From NCBI RefSeq assembly GCF_001194135.2, contig NC_068985.1:91967103-92031102 (forward strand): a DNA stretch of 64,000 nucleotides, given 5' to 3'. Numbering within the stretch: the stretch's first letter is position 1; every line of letters starts with the position of its first letter. The notes beneath the pieces are model-generated. The model had not been told where the DNA came from. It saw only the letters and a list, made by a program, of their open reading frames with translations, and did not search any database. Positions 26,944 to 40,263 of this stretch are shown here, one piece after another. A program made the position numbers and the translations under genes. Source of the stretch: Octopus bimaculoides (taxonomy: Eukaryota).

Positions 26944-27087
26944 AAGGTATCGAGCTGGCAGAAACGTTTGAAAGGATGAAAGGCAAAAACAACCTCGGTA
27001 GAATTTGAACTCAGAACGTAAAGAAAGACGAAATACAGCTAAGCATTTCACCCGGCTGGCTAATCCTTCTGCCAGCTCGCCGCCTCA
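26944..27087 (-). mobile_element. SINE family A 5' half (minus) abutting a short plus-strand head
   Basis: aaggtatcgagctggcagaaacgtt (plus) is joined to tgaaaggatgaaaggcaaa...ttctgccagctcgccgcct (minus). Confidence 0.75.
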
Positions 27088-27740
27088 CTTCACCGCTTTT
27101 TATTGATCCACAAATGGTGAAGGATGTGAATGACTTCGGCTGGATTCGATTCAAAAACGTAACAAGTATGTAACAACACATCATGAGTCTCTAACGACTG
27201 CACCAATTCGTAGCTTCTTATTTCTAATTCGAATTCTAATGACTCTTTTCACCGCATTAAATATTTAAACTCTAACTTTTAACGATGAAGTTAGATTGCA
27301 ATCGAGTGCAACTATATATGCCCGATAAAATTTAAAGTACTCGGCCACTAAAAATAGTGATTTAAAAATAATAATAATATTAATAATAATAATAATAGTA
27401 ATAATAATAATAATAATAATAAGGTACTAATGATAGTAATAATACGAAAAGGAAATTCGTTTTCATGTAGCCGTTCTTGTTGGAGTTGTGTTTAACTTTG
27501 AGTTGTTATTGTTGCAGCTTTTGTAATTGTTTTTTTTTTTCCTCATGTTTTAAGTGATCACATGACTTCTGTTATTCTTCCTTCCAAAACAATTCAGATT
27601 ACTTTCCCACGAGACTTGATTTATCAACGATTCTTTAAGCTGCATATGCTATCATCATCATCATCATCATCATCATCATAATAATAATAATCACCCTACC
27701 TCCATCATCATCGCAATCATCATCATTATTTTTGTTGCTG

Positions 27741-27790
<50 letters not shown>

Positions 27791-27792
27791 GC

Positions 27793-27846
<54 letters not shown>

Positions 27847-29556
27847 TGTTATTACTATTATTANNNNNNNNNNNNNNNNNNNNNNNNNNNNNNNNNNNNN
27901 NNNNNNNNNNNNNNNNNNNNNNNNNNNNNNNNNNNNNNNNNNNNNNNNNNNNNNNNNNNNNNNNNNNNNNNNNNNNNNNNNNNNNNNNNNNNNNNNNNNN
28001 NNNNNNNNNNNNNNNNNNNNNNNNNNNNNNNNNNNNNNNNNNNNNNNNNNNNNNNNNNNNNNNNNNNNNNNNNNNNNNNNNNNNNNNNNNNNNNNNNNNN
28101 NNNNNNNNNNNNNNNNNNNNNNNNNNNNNNNNNNNNNNNNNNNNNNNNNNNNNNNNNNNNNNNNNNNNNNNNNNNNNNNNNNNNNNNNNNNNNNNNNNNN
28201 NNNNNNNNNNNNNNNNNNNNNNNNNNNNNNNNNNNNNNNNNNNNNNNNNNNNNNNNNNNNNNNNNNNNNNNNNNNNNNNNNNNNNNNNNNNNNNNNNNNN
28301 NNNNNNNNNNNNNNNNNNNNNNNNNNNNNNNNNNNNNNNNNNNNNNNNNNNNNNNNNNNNNNNNNNNNNNNNNNNNNNNNNNNNNNNNNNNNNNNNNNNN
28401 NNNNNNNNNNNNNNNNNNNNNNNNNNNNNNNNNNNNNNNNNNNNNNNNNATATTTATATATATATATATATGTATGTATGTATGTGTATATATATATATA
28501 TATAAAGATATATATATACATATATGTCAACATACACATATATGTATGTGTGTGTGCATGTGTGTGTGCGCGCGTGTGTGTGTGTGTGTGTGTGTGCGTG
28601 TGTGTGTGTGTGTGTTTACATATGTACATGAACAGATATATACAGACATACAAGAAGCACTAGAAGGCGTTCTCTGATAGAGATGCTTGATAAACTTACG
28701 AGATTATTTTTTTTTTTTAGCACACAAATACATTTAACCACGTCACGGAAATTATGAACTCTGCTGAAGCCACGTTAAGTTTTTCTTTATGTCTAGACAA
28801 CCAAATCTTTCCGACCTGTTTCTGCGGCAGCTTACTTCACCAGTGATATTTTACTAATTTTCTGAACCACAAAGTGAATAGTTGCTAATAGTGATTAACA
28901 ATATATGCAAATTTGATTAGTACTAAATTGGTGTGCAAAGGAGTTTGTAATGTGAAGTAATGATCTCATAAAAGCATTTAACGTTATTATGTTATATAGG
29001 GGTGAAATGCATCCGTGCGATCATGTACTTTTAGTAAACACAAATTTCAGCCACATTTCGAAAAGAAGAGAAAATGGATTAACGCTGTTATCTCCCTTTG
29101 GCCAAAATGTATTTTGATCTGACAAATTTCAGGCCTTCGTATTATATTATGACAATCGGCGCAAAGCCTCAAATTTATTGTGCGATTCTTAACTGTCTTT
29201 ACTCTTCCACCTCTATCTCTCCCTACTTCTAGTCTTTCTACCCTTCTTTTCTCTTTCTTCATTCAGTTTCCTAACTTCCTCCGTTCCTTCGTCCTTTCTC
29301 TCTCTCTCTCTCTCTATCAATCTATCTATCTCATTTTTTCCCTCTCTTTGTAGTTCCTCTTCTCTACCTCGTGACCGGTGTCCGGTGAAGACAGTGTTGT
29401 TCTTTTTCATACTGCCTTTGACCAGACTGGTTTTGCTGGTCTGGGCTCCGGTTACGTCAGTTAGGATTTACTCCATTTCACCTTGCGCAACCCCACTAAG
29501 TTCGTTCGTTCGACAGACACACAGACACAGACACACACACACATACACACACACAA

Positions 29557-29636
<80 letters not shown>

Positions 29637-30689
29637 ACACAAACACATACATGTATATATAATTGGAATTAATGAAATAGCAAGAGAAGAGAAATTATAA
29701 AATCAACTTCATTAGCTTACACCTGTTTCTGCTGCGAGATGCAGCGCACTTAATGATAAATGCTTCACCGAATAGCATATGGCAAGCTATAAGGTAATGC
29801 ACAAGCATACAGCTCAGAGTAGTCTGCTTTCTATGGCAGAGACAGCTTTAATATAATAAGCTGATTACGTAATTCTTGTTCCCTTGTCAATTTGTTGATT
29901 TCATATTACGTTTTATTTTATGTGCACCTAACAAGTGTTTTATAAAACATATCAGGAATTGCGCCAGATGGAAGTAATTCCTTACTTTGAAGAAAAGTTC
30001 CAATCTTTGCAGTGAGGATTTTGATAAACTTTTACAAGTCACGTGACCACAGACGTGGACTTGTCTGTGTATTTAAGAAGCTCGCTCTACACTCCTGCGA
30101 TTTGTGGTTTGGTCCGTCTGAGTGATGTCTTGAACAAGTGCCTTCTATTAACACGTGGGTTGATCAATACTTTGTGAGTGTTCGTAAGCGAAAACAGTGT
30201 AGAATCCCGTCGTATATATATATATATATNNNNNNNNNNNNNNNNNNNNNNNNNNNNNNNNNNNNNNNNNNNNNNNNNNNNNNNNNNNNNNNNNNNNNNN
30301 NNNNNNNNNNNNNNNNNNNNNNNNNNNNNNNNNNNNNNNNNNNNNNNNNNNNNNNNNNNNNNNNNNNNNNNNNNNNNNNNNNNNNNNNNNNNNNNNNNNN
30401 NNNNNNNNNNNNNNNNNNNNNNNNNNNNNNNNNNNNNNNNNNNNNNNNNNNNNNNNNNNNNNNNNNNNNNNNNNNNNNNNNNNNNNNNNNNNNNNNNNNN
30501 NNNNNNNNNNNNNNNNNNNNNNNNNNNNNNNNNNNNNNNNNNNNNNNNNNNNNNNNNNNNNNNNNNNNNNNNNNNNNNNNNNNNNNNNNNNNNNNNNNNN
30601 NNNNNNNNNNNNNNNNNNNNNNNNNNNNNNNNNNNNNNNNNNNNNNNNNNNNNNNNNNNNNNNNNNNNNNNNNTTTAGGGTCTAATATC

Positions 30690-31130
30690 GAATATTGGCT
30701 TCGAATTTTTCACAGAAAGCCAGCGGTTTTTGAGGGGAAGGGCTATGTCAATTACATCCACCCCAGTGTTCGATTGCTACTTATTTTATCGACCCTGAAG
30801 TGATGAAAGACGAAGTTGACGTCAGTGGTATTTCAACTCAACGTAAAATCGAATGAAATGGCGCAAAACATTTTTTCCGGCGTGCTATCGATTTGGCCAG
30901 TTCTCCACTTTAGGCTTGTCGATCACAATGGTTTCAAAGTTTGACACAAGGCCAGAAATTTCTTGGAAGGAGTAAGTCTTTTACATCGACTCCAGTACTC
31001 AACTGGTACTTATTTTATCGACGTCAGATTCAACCACGGTGGCATTTGAACCCGGAATGTAAAAACAAACGCAATACCGCTAAGTAATTTCTCCTGTGGT
31101 CTAACGATTCTGTCAGCACACCGCCTTAGT
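30690..31130 (-). mobile_element. Two tandem SINE family A monomers
   Basis: Two successive cacaaggcc/cacagaaagcc ... ttattttatcgac ... ttctgtcagc/tttggccag modules. Confidence 0.75.
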
Positions 31131-31376
31131 TTGGCATCTAATATTATTAGCATCTTTACCTTGGATATGTTTCGGTGCTGCTGGATAAGAGTAAGCTTTC
31201 ATTTCTCCACCAAAGAATATTTTCTCGATTTGTGTTCACCGAAGCCATGCTTGCATTGTAAGTGATATGTTTCTGACGTGTGTATGGCACCTGAATGCCG
31301 TAGGTTAAGGAGTATAATGAAAAGTAGTATCGTGTATCTGTGTGGTGAGGTGTGTGTGTGTGGGTGGGGGTGGGGG

Positions 31377-31453
<77 letters not shown>

Positions 31454-31559
31454 TGTGTATGTATGTGTGTGCTTAGAAGCATGATCAATCAGATATTTAA
31501 TATCCAGAAAAAGTGATGAAAACGATATTAAAAATTGAGGTACACCTGAGCTGATAGAA

Positions 31560-31810
31560 TATGCGCCAGGAATTCCTCAGTGCAAACTGCAATGATATGG
31601 TTTAAATGAAATTTCTTATCCAAGACATGAAATATAGATAGGTGTCAAAAGCTGGTGATTTGTATCGGAGGATCTTTGAGTGGTATGCTTTGATTATGTC
31701 AAGATCAAGAACATAAGTGTCGCTAAAGTTTTCAATGTTGTATCACTACTGATGTTGCTTGACATAGAAAAAACACGGTTCCAGGTGACCTGTTATTCGG
31801 AACACATTGT
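31560..31810 (-). mobile_element. CR1/L2-group LINE RT fragment (decayed)
   Basis: Minus strand NFSDTYVLDLDIIKAY-HSKIL...SWIRNFI resembles GETFAVALDISKAFDRVWH..L....I.SFL. Confidence 0.5.
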
Positions 31811-31869
31811 AAGGTTGGAGTAAAGATTGTTTGCCAACATAACATGGTTCTTTAGATTATTGGTACTGC

Positions 31870-31997
31870 TCATTTTTGCCAACTGGATGGATTGATGAAA
31901 CGTGAAATAAATTGTCTTGCTGAAGGATGAAACGCACTGCCAGGAATCGAACTCACGACCTTCGAATGCCTCTAACCACTAAGCCACGAGCCTTCAC
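31870..31997 (-). mobile_element. SINE family B 5' portion
   Basis: gaaacgtgaaataaattgtcttgc...ggaatcgaactcacgacc...ctaaccactaagccacg matches 2110-2220. Confidence 0.75.
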
Positions 31998-32031
31998 TTT
32001 AAGGCTACAGAGTTAATATTCTCTGCATGTA

Positions 32032-32463
32032 AGGCGGCGAGCTGGCAGAATCGTTAGCACGCCAGGAGAAATGCTCAGCGGTATTTCATCTGCCGTTACG
32101 TACTGAGTTCAAATTCCGCCGAGGTCTACTTTGCCTTTCATCCTTTCAGGGTCGATTTAATAAGTACCAGTTACGCACTGGAGTCGATGTAATTGACTTA
32201 ATCCCTTTGTCTATCCTTGTTTGTCTCCTCTATGCTTAGCCCCTTGTGGGTAATAAAGAAATAAGAAACGTTAGCAAACCGGGCGAAATGCTTAGTGGTA
32301 TTTCGTTTGTCTTTACGTTCTGACATCAAATTCCGCCGAGGTTGGCTTTGCCTTTCATCTTTTCGGGTCGATAAAATTAGTACCAGTTGAGTACTGAAGT
32401 CGATCTAATCGACTGCCCCCCACTCCCCAAAAGATTTCGAGTCTTGTGCCTAGAGTAGAAAAG
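32032..32463 (+). mobile_element. Full-length dimeric SINE family A with a perfect 17-bp target-site duplication
   Basis: aatattctctgcatgta at 32015-32031 and 32464-32480. Two B-box-containing modules are joined by the ...aataaagaaataagaaacgttagc linker. Confidence 0.95.
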
Positions 32464-33020
32464 AATATTCTCTGCATGTAGAAGAAGAGAGTGTGAGGAG
32501 CCTATAAATTAAGCGAGTCTATGTTTAGCAGGAGACGACCGAGCTGCAAACAAGACAGAATTTCAGTAAATCAAAATACTAAGAATGGAAATTAATTGTT
32601 AGTTAATATATTCAACACATGCTTTAATTAATAAGTTATTTTAGGAACATAAAACGCGAAACGATAAATCTCTATGAGAGAGTGGGGAAGAAAGAGCGTG
32701 AGTGAAGAGAGAGAGAATGTGTGTGTATTAAAGAGAAAGAGAGTGAGAACAGAAATATAAAATGAATAGAACGGTGTAAATTGAAAATGGGGAAAACGAT
32801 AACTGCAACAACCGCAGTAGTCACGTGCTTCCGTTATCTGGCTTTCTTTTGTTTGTGGACCCAGCTGGAGCTCCACATTTGTTCTTCAGGCTTTCGTCAT
32901 ACAACACCTACACGGAAAGAGACGTTATTAATAATATTGTTAGTTTGGCTTCATTACGTCTGTTTGTGTTCGTTAGACGTGTGTAGGAGATATATCCTTC
33001 TTGGGAGGATGTAGTAAAGC

Positions 33021-33345
33021 AATGGTGGCGTGGTTTAGTGGGTTGTGGTATTCGGTTCACGATAGTGAGGCCGTAGGTTCGACTCCTGTCGGTGCATTCT
33101 ACTCCTTCAGCAAGACACTTTATTTCACATTGCCTCGATCATACAGCTGCCAAAAATGCGAAGTACTTGTATTTCAAACGGACAGCCTCGCAAAATTCTG
33201 TGTTATGCTGAACCCACCTGACAACTACGTTAGGCGTACGCATGTGTGTGGAGTTTTCAACCACATGCACGTTAATTTCACAAGCTGGCTGTACCGCTGA
33301 TCAAATCAACTGGAACGCTCATCGTCGTAAGAGATGGAGAACCAG
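33021..33345 (+). mobile_element. SINE family B, full length, older copy
   Basis: A-box tggtttagtgg, B-box ggttcgactcc; 3' body collinear with 41980-42140. Confidence 0.8.
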
Positions 33346-33779
33346 TTAAAACAAAAAAAATAATAATACTAATGCTCTTGGAGGAAAAAACTTTATTGAT
33401 GGAAGTTTGTAGCAGGGATAACCGTGTTATTTGCCTGATAGAATTATGTTTCATTTTACGGAATTTGTTTCATGGCATAAGTTGATGTCAAAACGGTAGT
33501 TTCCATCAAAACTATTCCATCCTTGATCATCATGTCTTTTTCTTAGACATAGTATATCTAGAACTACATCATCTAATGTGCGCTTCCTTTCCTCTAGACA
33601 GTAAGTTGTGAAATGAGGGCTATTTAGCTGTTATTCATTGGAGAACACGTGATTGCGTATTGGCTCCCCCTAACTATATGAGGTTATCTGTATTAGGTTC
33701 AAGATGATTTGTTTTCTTTGCTAAAATTATTGTCTTGTATGATTGTTTTACATAAGTTGCATGCAATATTTTTGGATAA

Positions 33780-33960
33780 CCTAAGGCGATGCCACATTTC
33801 GTCCGTTTTTACTTTCTGGTTTCATATTCTGCTGAGGTCGACATTGCTTTTCAACTTTTGAGGTCGAATTAAGAAGTACCAGTTGAGTACTGAGGTCGGT
33901 TTAATCGTCTTACCATATTCCCGGAACTTGTTGGCATCGTAACAACATTTCAAACCAATA
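33780..33960 (+). mobile_element. SINE family A monomer (decayed); similar relics at 34775-34965 and 49865-50075
   Basis: gaggtcgacattgcttttcaacttttgaggtcgaattaagaagtaccagttgagtactgaggtc central module. Confidence 0.65.
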
Positions 33961-36900
33961 TTTTAATTGTTCAGACACCCCCTCCCCTCCACGGATTTGT
34001 GCATTGCAGCACGGGAAAGAAAGAAATATAAAAAGCCTGGGTTATAATCATCTCTTTCTGACCTGCTAATCGATTATCTAACAAAATCAATCACTTATTG
34101 TCAACATGTTGGCGTACGGCCGAATACCATTGAAAATTCTGGTTGAATTTCAACTTATGATGATTTATTTCTGCTGGAAGAATTTCAGAAAGATTACCTC
34201 CTTTTGAAACCAAATAGTGATAGCAGAACATTAGTTCGAGCTCTGCAGAAACTGGTTTTGTTTCTCACCATTTCGATTTTAATAGACTATCGATAATATA
34301 TTGGGGAACTGAGTTGAAGAGAGTCTTGCTTCTGTGAATATTGATTTCTGACAGAGAGACAATGCCTCACATTTGAAGGGTGAATGTAGTCGATTGAGTC
34401 TACGTCAGCATTTGACGAGTACTAGTCCCGTTTATCAAAGCTGGATTTATGAAAGTTGGCGTCAACAGCATTAGAATTCAGAATGTGGATTAGAATCAAA
34501 TGGTAAAAAATACCACAAGGTATATTGTCGGACTTATTAATGCTTTGCCATTCTACCGCTCTCTTCAAGATATCAACTGCATTTGTCATCAAGATAGAAT
34601 TGATACTAAGCTGGAAGAAATAAATATTAAGGAGAAATGCACCTTTGAATATTGTCTACATAAATTCAATTCCTCATTGGAAACAGTATCGGGAATTTTT
34701 TCTCATTCTCTGAATTCTAAATGAACTGAAGTTGTTCTGCTGTAAGTCCTGGCAGAACATATCGTAGCGACTCTAAGGCAGCGAGATGGCAGAATCGTCT
34801 TCAGATCGCCCAGCGTTTCTTCTGACTCATTATGTTCTCAGTTCGACGTTGCCTGGCACTCTTTAGTGTTCGATAAAGTAAGTACTAGTTGAGCACTGAC
34901 GTCAAAGTTATCGATAATCCCTCTACTCCTAAAAAAGTTGCTGGCCTCGTGCCAAAAATCTGAAAACACTTTACTTGACTTGGCTGGTCGATTAAAATTT
35001 GGAAGTATGACTGCGAATGTTACTAGTGATTGACTTGTACCATCAAGAAGCAGAAATATACACTGTAAAAATCTTTAATCCGAAGAAACCGGAGAAGAGA
35101 GTGAGGAAGAAAGAAAAAAACAAGAAAAACAGAAAAAAAGAAGGAATGAACGAAGGAATGAAAATGCAGACAAACAAAAACAGAGAAATCAAAAGAGATA
35201 TGAAGTAAAAAGCTTCTGTTTACTACGTTTGGTGTTACATAAATCAGATTTTAGAAAAAAGAACCGTCTTAGGTTTAGTGGAAACAGAGTTGTGTGGTGA
35301 GTATTCCTTTATTGATCCCAACGGTTCCTCGTATTTAAATAAATTAGCATAATAACTTCTATCTTATCTTAGAGAAAAGTTTGCCTATAGATGTGATGCT
35401 GTGTACGTTACATCTTTCTTAAGGACATCAGTAAAAATAATAACGAGAGTAGTGACAGTATTTGGAAAATGAAATTACTATCTGCATTTCAAATCAAACT
35501 AATTTACTTTCCATCTTTGTAGTTTTTTTACATATTTCTAGTAGCTGTTCTTTTTTCTACGGAGACACAATATGTCACCCTGTTTAAGATCGTAGACTGA
35601 TGTTTGATTGCCTTTTAGCGGAGTTAACACTTTGGGAAGCTTTCGTGTCATGTGACCAGTTTGAGGAAAACATTCCTCTACCGCATGGCACCCTTTCTCT
35701 TCTAAGTTACTAAAAAGTCGAGTACTGCTCCTCTCTTTAGCTAGAGGATGGGAAAACGGGCATATCCCGATGTTCCTACGATTGGAAACAGATGAGAAAT
35801 CAATTTACAGCTATTATTATACTGATTTTCTCAAGACTGCTAAACTTTACACAGCATTCTTTTTTTTTACCTCCGGTATGTTCTTTTACACCCGGGGTAA
35901 AAAATAAATGACGCAAAGGATTAAGAAGTGCTGCTTACATTTTAAAGATTTTGACCTTGTAATGATACTTAAATAGCTTCAACCGGGAATTGAAACTGTT
36001 CTGTTTTTTACGCTTTAACAGAATCTTTTAGCAACGAATCCTCAATTTAGTACAAAACCACAAACGTATTGGGTAAGTTGGGTAGGAACAAATGAAACAT
36101 GGAAAGGAATCGATAGATGACTGGAATCTATTCTAGCGACTACAGGATGGCAACTGGTAAAGTCGACTCTCACTGGACTTGAACCACGATTGCAAAAGAC
36201 CATAACTGAACACTGCATGAGAGTATTTAATCACCATGCTCTACTGATTATGCTCTCACACACTGAATTGAGAAAATATTACGATGAAAATCTCTCAAAT
36301 ATTAGAAACAAAAAAAATGCAGATGTAAGTAAACGCAAAACGAAAATGGGTTTGTTATTAAGTAGCTTAGTAAATAATTTAATTCTATGGTCTGGTGAAT
36401 TGGTGAATAATATAACGGAGATTTCAGAACAAAATACGACAGGGAATAGTGTTACTAACAATAATACTAGAGCGGCGAAAAGTTGTACTACGATAATGTA
36501 TATTGACTCTACACAAGGTCATGTTTGTTGTCATTGAGACTGGATACAGTCGAATGAATCCTGCTAATATATTACTGTCATTTATATTATTCGTTACACT
36601 ACGATGAAACGTTTGACAGCTCTCACTTGCAAAGGCTTCTGTATATTCGAACGGCAAAAATATGTTTCATTTTGATTTTCTCTGTTTTATTCTATGAGGT
36701 TCTAACATCAGATGAAACAACGCCTGGATGAGAATTAACAGACGTTTTAGACGTGAATGTGAAATATGCGAATCCAAAGGCCCTGCCTAGGTGACACAAC
36801 AATGTCAGTAGTAAATCATATTTTATCCATCGACAAATTCTGTTCGACCAAATCGACCGACCTCAGCAACACAGAAATGCGCTGATCTATTCACTCACTC

Positions 36901-37049
36901 GCAACTTAAACACAGGATATACAAAAATTTACGAAGCTCTTCGTTCTATCTGTTGTTGTTGATGGTAATTCTGTTGATAAGGTTGTTGTTGGTGTTGTTG
37001 TTGTTATAGCTGAAGCAATTTTTCTTTGCTTTTCTTTTTCCTTTTTTAT

Positions 37050-37429
37050 ACTTCTACTTGTTTCAGTCATTTGACTGCGGCCATGCTGGGGCACCGCTTT
37101 TAGTCGAGCAAATCGACCCCAGGACTTTATCTTTGTACGCCTAGTACTTATTCTATCGCTCTTTTTTGCCGAACCGCTAGGTTACGGGGACTTAAACACA
37201 CCAGCATCGGTTGTCAAGCTATGTTGGGGGGGGGGGGCAAACACATACACACATATATACAACGGGCTTTTTTTCGGTTTCCGTCTACCAAATCCACTCA
37301 GAAGATTTTATTTGGCCCGAGGCTATGGGTAGAAGACACTTGCCCAAGGTGCCACGCAGTGGGACTGAACCCGAAACCATGTGGTTGGTAAGTAAGCTAG
37401 CTACTCACCACACAGCCACTCCTGCGCCT
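37050..37429 (-). mobile_element. tRNA-derived SINE, family D, full length
   Basis: Reverse complement has head gtggctgtgtggtgagtagc, ggtttcgggttcagtcccactgcgtggcaccttgggcaagtgtcttc, an internal (TG/TA) tract and tail ccccagcatggccgcagtcaaatgactgaaacaagtag. Confidence 0.9.
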
Positions 37430-37724
37430 CACTGGCACAACACCAGCAAGTTTGAGGTGAGGGGTCAGTCGAATACATTAACCTCAGCGCTCAGTTGACC
37501 TCGAAGGGAGGATAGACAAAGTTGATCTCGACGGAATTTCAACTCAGAATGTGAAGAGCTGAATGAAATGCTGAAATGCTTTTAATCCGGCACAGTAATG
37601 ATTCTGTTAAAGCGCAGCTTTTGTTGATGTTACTGTTCTTGCAGTCAGGACAGCCATAAAGAAGCAGAACTATGATTAAGGACATTCTAGTTGTGGCCAT
37701 CCCTTATGAATATATATGTCTAAC

Positions 37725-38159
37725 AATGCGGCGAGCTGGCAGAATCTTTAGCACGCCGGCGAAATGTTTAACGGCATTTCGTGTGTCTACGTTCTGAATT
37801 CAAATTTCGCCGAGGTCCATTTAACCTTTCATCCTTTCGGGGTCGAAGAATTAAGCACGTGGCTAAAAATGCCTAGTAACATCTGTTTACAGTTCAAATG
37901 CCACCGAGGTCAGCGTTGCCTTTCATCATTTTGGGGTCGATAAAATAAGTACTAGTTGAGCAATGCCGCCGATGTAATCGCCATACGCACTCACCCGAAA
38001 TTACTGGCTTGGTGCCAAAATTTGAAGCAAGTATTTAACATGCAATAGCGTTGGGGCGCTGGTAGAGTTCTTAGCACACCGGATAAAGTGTTTGGCGTCA
38101 TTTCTTCCGTCTTTACATTTTGAGTTCAAATTTTGCCAAGATTGACTTGGTCTTTCATC
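37725..38159 (+). mobile_element. Three head-to-tail SINE family A modules running into an assembly gap
   Basis: gcggcgagctggcagaatc at 37728, with B-box-like gttc..attc/gagttcaaatt at about 37792, 37891 and 38122. A minus-strand relic lies at 37430-37610. Confidence 0.75.
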
Positions 38160-38887
38160 NNNNNNNNNNNNNNNNNNNNNNNNNNNNNNNNNNNNNNNNN
38201 NNNNNNNNNNNNNNNNNNNNNNNNNNNNNNNNNNNNNNNNNNNNNNNNNNNNNNNNNNNNNNNNNNNNNNNNNNNNNNNNNNNNNNNNNNNNNNNNNNNN
38301 NNNNNNNNNNNNNNNNNNNNNNNNNNNNNNNNNNNNNNNNNNNNNNNNNNNNNNNNNNNNNNNNNNNNNNNNNNNNNNNNNNNNNNNNNNNNNNNNNNNN
38401 NNNNNNNNNNNNNNNNNNNNNNNNNNNNNNNNNNNNNNNNNNNNNNNNNNNNNNNNNNNNNNNNNNNNNNNNNNNNNNNNNNNNNNNNNNNNNNNNNNNN
38501 NNNNNNNNNNNNNNNNNNNNNNNNNNNNNNNNNNNNNNNNNNNNNNNNNNNNNNNNNNNNNNNNNNNNNNNNNNNNNNNNNNNNNNNNNNNNNNNNNNNN
38601 NNNNNNNNNNNNNNNNNNNNNNNNNNNNNNNNNNNNNNNNNNNNNNNNNNNNNNNNNNNNNNNNNNNNNNNNNNNNNNNNNNNNNNNNNNNNNNNNNNNN
38701 NNNNNNNNNNNNNNNNNNNNNNNNNNNNNNNNNNNNNNNNNNNNNNNNNNNNNNNNNNNNNNNNNNNNNNNNNNNNNNNNNNNNNNNNNNNNNNNNNNNN
38801 NNNNNNNNNNNNNNNNNNNNNNNNNNNNNNNNNNNNNNNNNNNNNNNNNNNNNNNNNNNNNNNNNNNNNNNNNNNNNNNNNNNNNNN

Positions 38888-38919
<32 letters not shown>

Positions 38920-38939
38920 AAACGATAATTCCTTCAGGT

Positions 38940-39725
38940 TAAACTCTCATTGCATCCAACTACATCAGAGACTTTGGAGTAATTGTGGACAACAACGTAA
39001 GCTGGGCCGCTCATATAAACAGCTAAGATGACATGGCTCGCAGAATATGGTCCTGAATTCGCAGAACTTTCCACTAAAGAGATATCCACATCATTACCCT
39101 TCCCTTCTCTACTTTTGCCCGACCCCACCTTGAATACTGTTGCCCACTGTGGTCTCCACACATGAAACAAAGTATCACGAAAATTGAAGCACCTCAAAGG
39201 TCAATCACAAAAAAGATAGATGACATGGCAGGCCATGACTATTGAGGTCGACGAGAAAAGCTTAAGCTTTATTCTCTCCTATGCTGCTGTGGGCGCTACA
39301 TCATCTGCATGATGTGGAAAATATTCCATCAGCATTACCCAAATTATGTTGGCATCGCCTTTAAGATACACCCAAGACTTGGTCCCCATGCTATCCGCCC
39401 ACAATAAAAATCGCACTCGCATCTCATTAAAACAACACGGCACAATAATTTCACCTCAATTGGTCCCACTCTCTTTAACATTACACCAAAACACATTAAA
39501 GTAGAAAAAGACCTCATAAAGTTCAAGAAATCATTGGACAAATTCCTTCATAAAATCCTGGATGAACTTCCTACACCCGGATATGTTTCCGTAAAGAACA
39601 ACTCTCTCCTTGAGTGGGCCATGTTGTCAGATTCCTGATTTGAAAGACTTTACCAGGAGGTGCTATTAAGTTAGACATAGCCTGGGTCAATACTGGCCCA
39701 AAGCCTATCAAAGTATCAAATTATA
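38940..39725 (+). mobile_element. CR1-clade LINE 3' portion
   Basis: RDFGVIVDNNVSW..HIN..ARPHLEYCCPLWSPH..IEAPQRSITKKI..LKLYSL..RYIICMMWKI..IGPTLFN..FKKSLDKFL..D.LPTPGY..NSLLEW stays in one frame with scattered stops. The 5' end is at the gap. Confidence 0.9.
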
Positions 39726-39827
39726 ATAACTATAATTATATATTTACTATGATAATAATATATGCTCCATTTAAAGCGACTAAACTAAAACACTGTTCTC
39801 CGTAATTTACCGCCTTCGGGTTTGTTT

Positions 39828-39872
<45 letters not shown>

Positions 39873-39949
39873 CATACATACATACATACATACATACATA
39901 CATACATACATACATACATACATACATACATACATACATACGTACGTAC

Positions 39950-40232
39950 GTACCCTGAACTATTGAGAACTGCGGTTACTCTATCCAGATTACAAGTTCA
40001 GGTTTACACTTGCAATTAGATGGGGCCTTGGGATATGTAACACTACCTAAATACCAATCTTGAGAAACTAGGCTTCTCAAAACCAGAAAAGGAAAAACTG
40101 ATTCGAAGACTACAGATCCATTCAATCCCTGGAACTATAAAAGTCTGTAAAACTTTCAGGAAGTTTAGCATTTAAGTATATATGAGCATGTATAACATGC
40201 ATACATACAAACATACATACATACATGCATAC

Positions 40233-40263
<31 letters not shown>

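Noticed and set aside
36190-36537. 115-aa ORF with an internal GTAAGT
   Set aside because: Non-ATG start, AT-rich low-information sequence and no recognisable domain.
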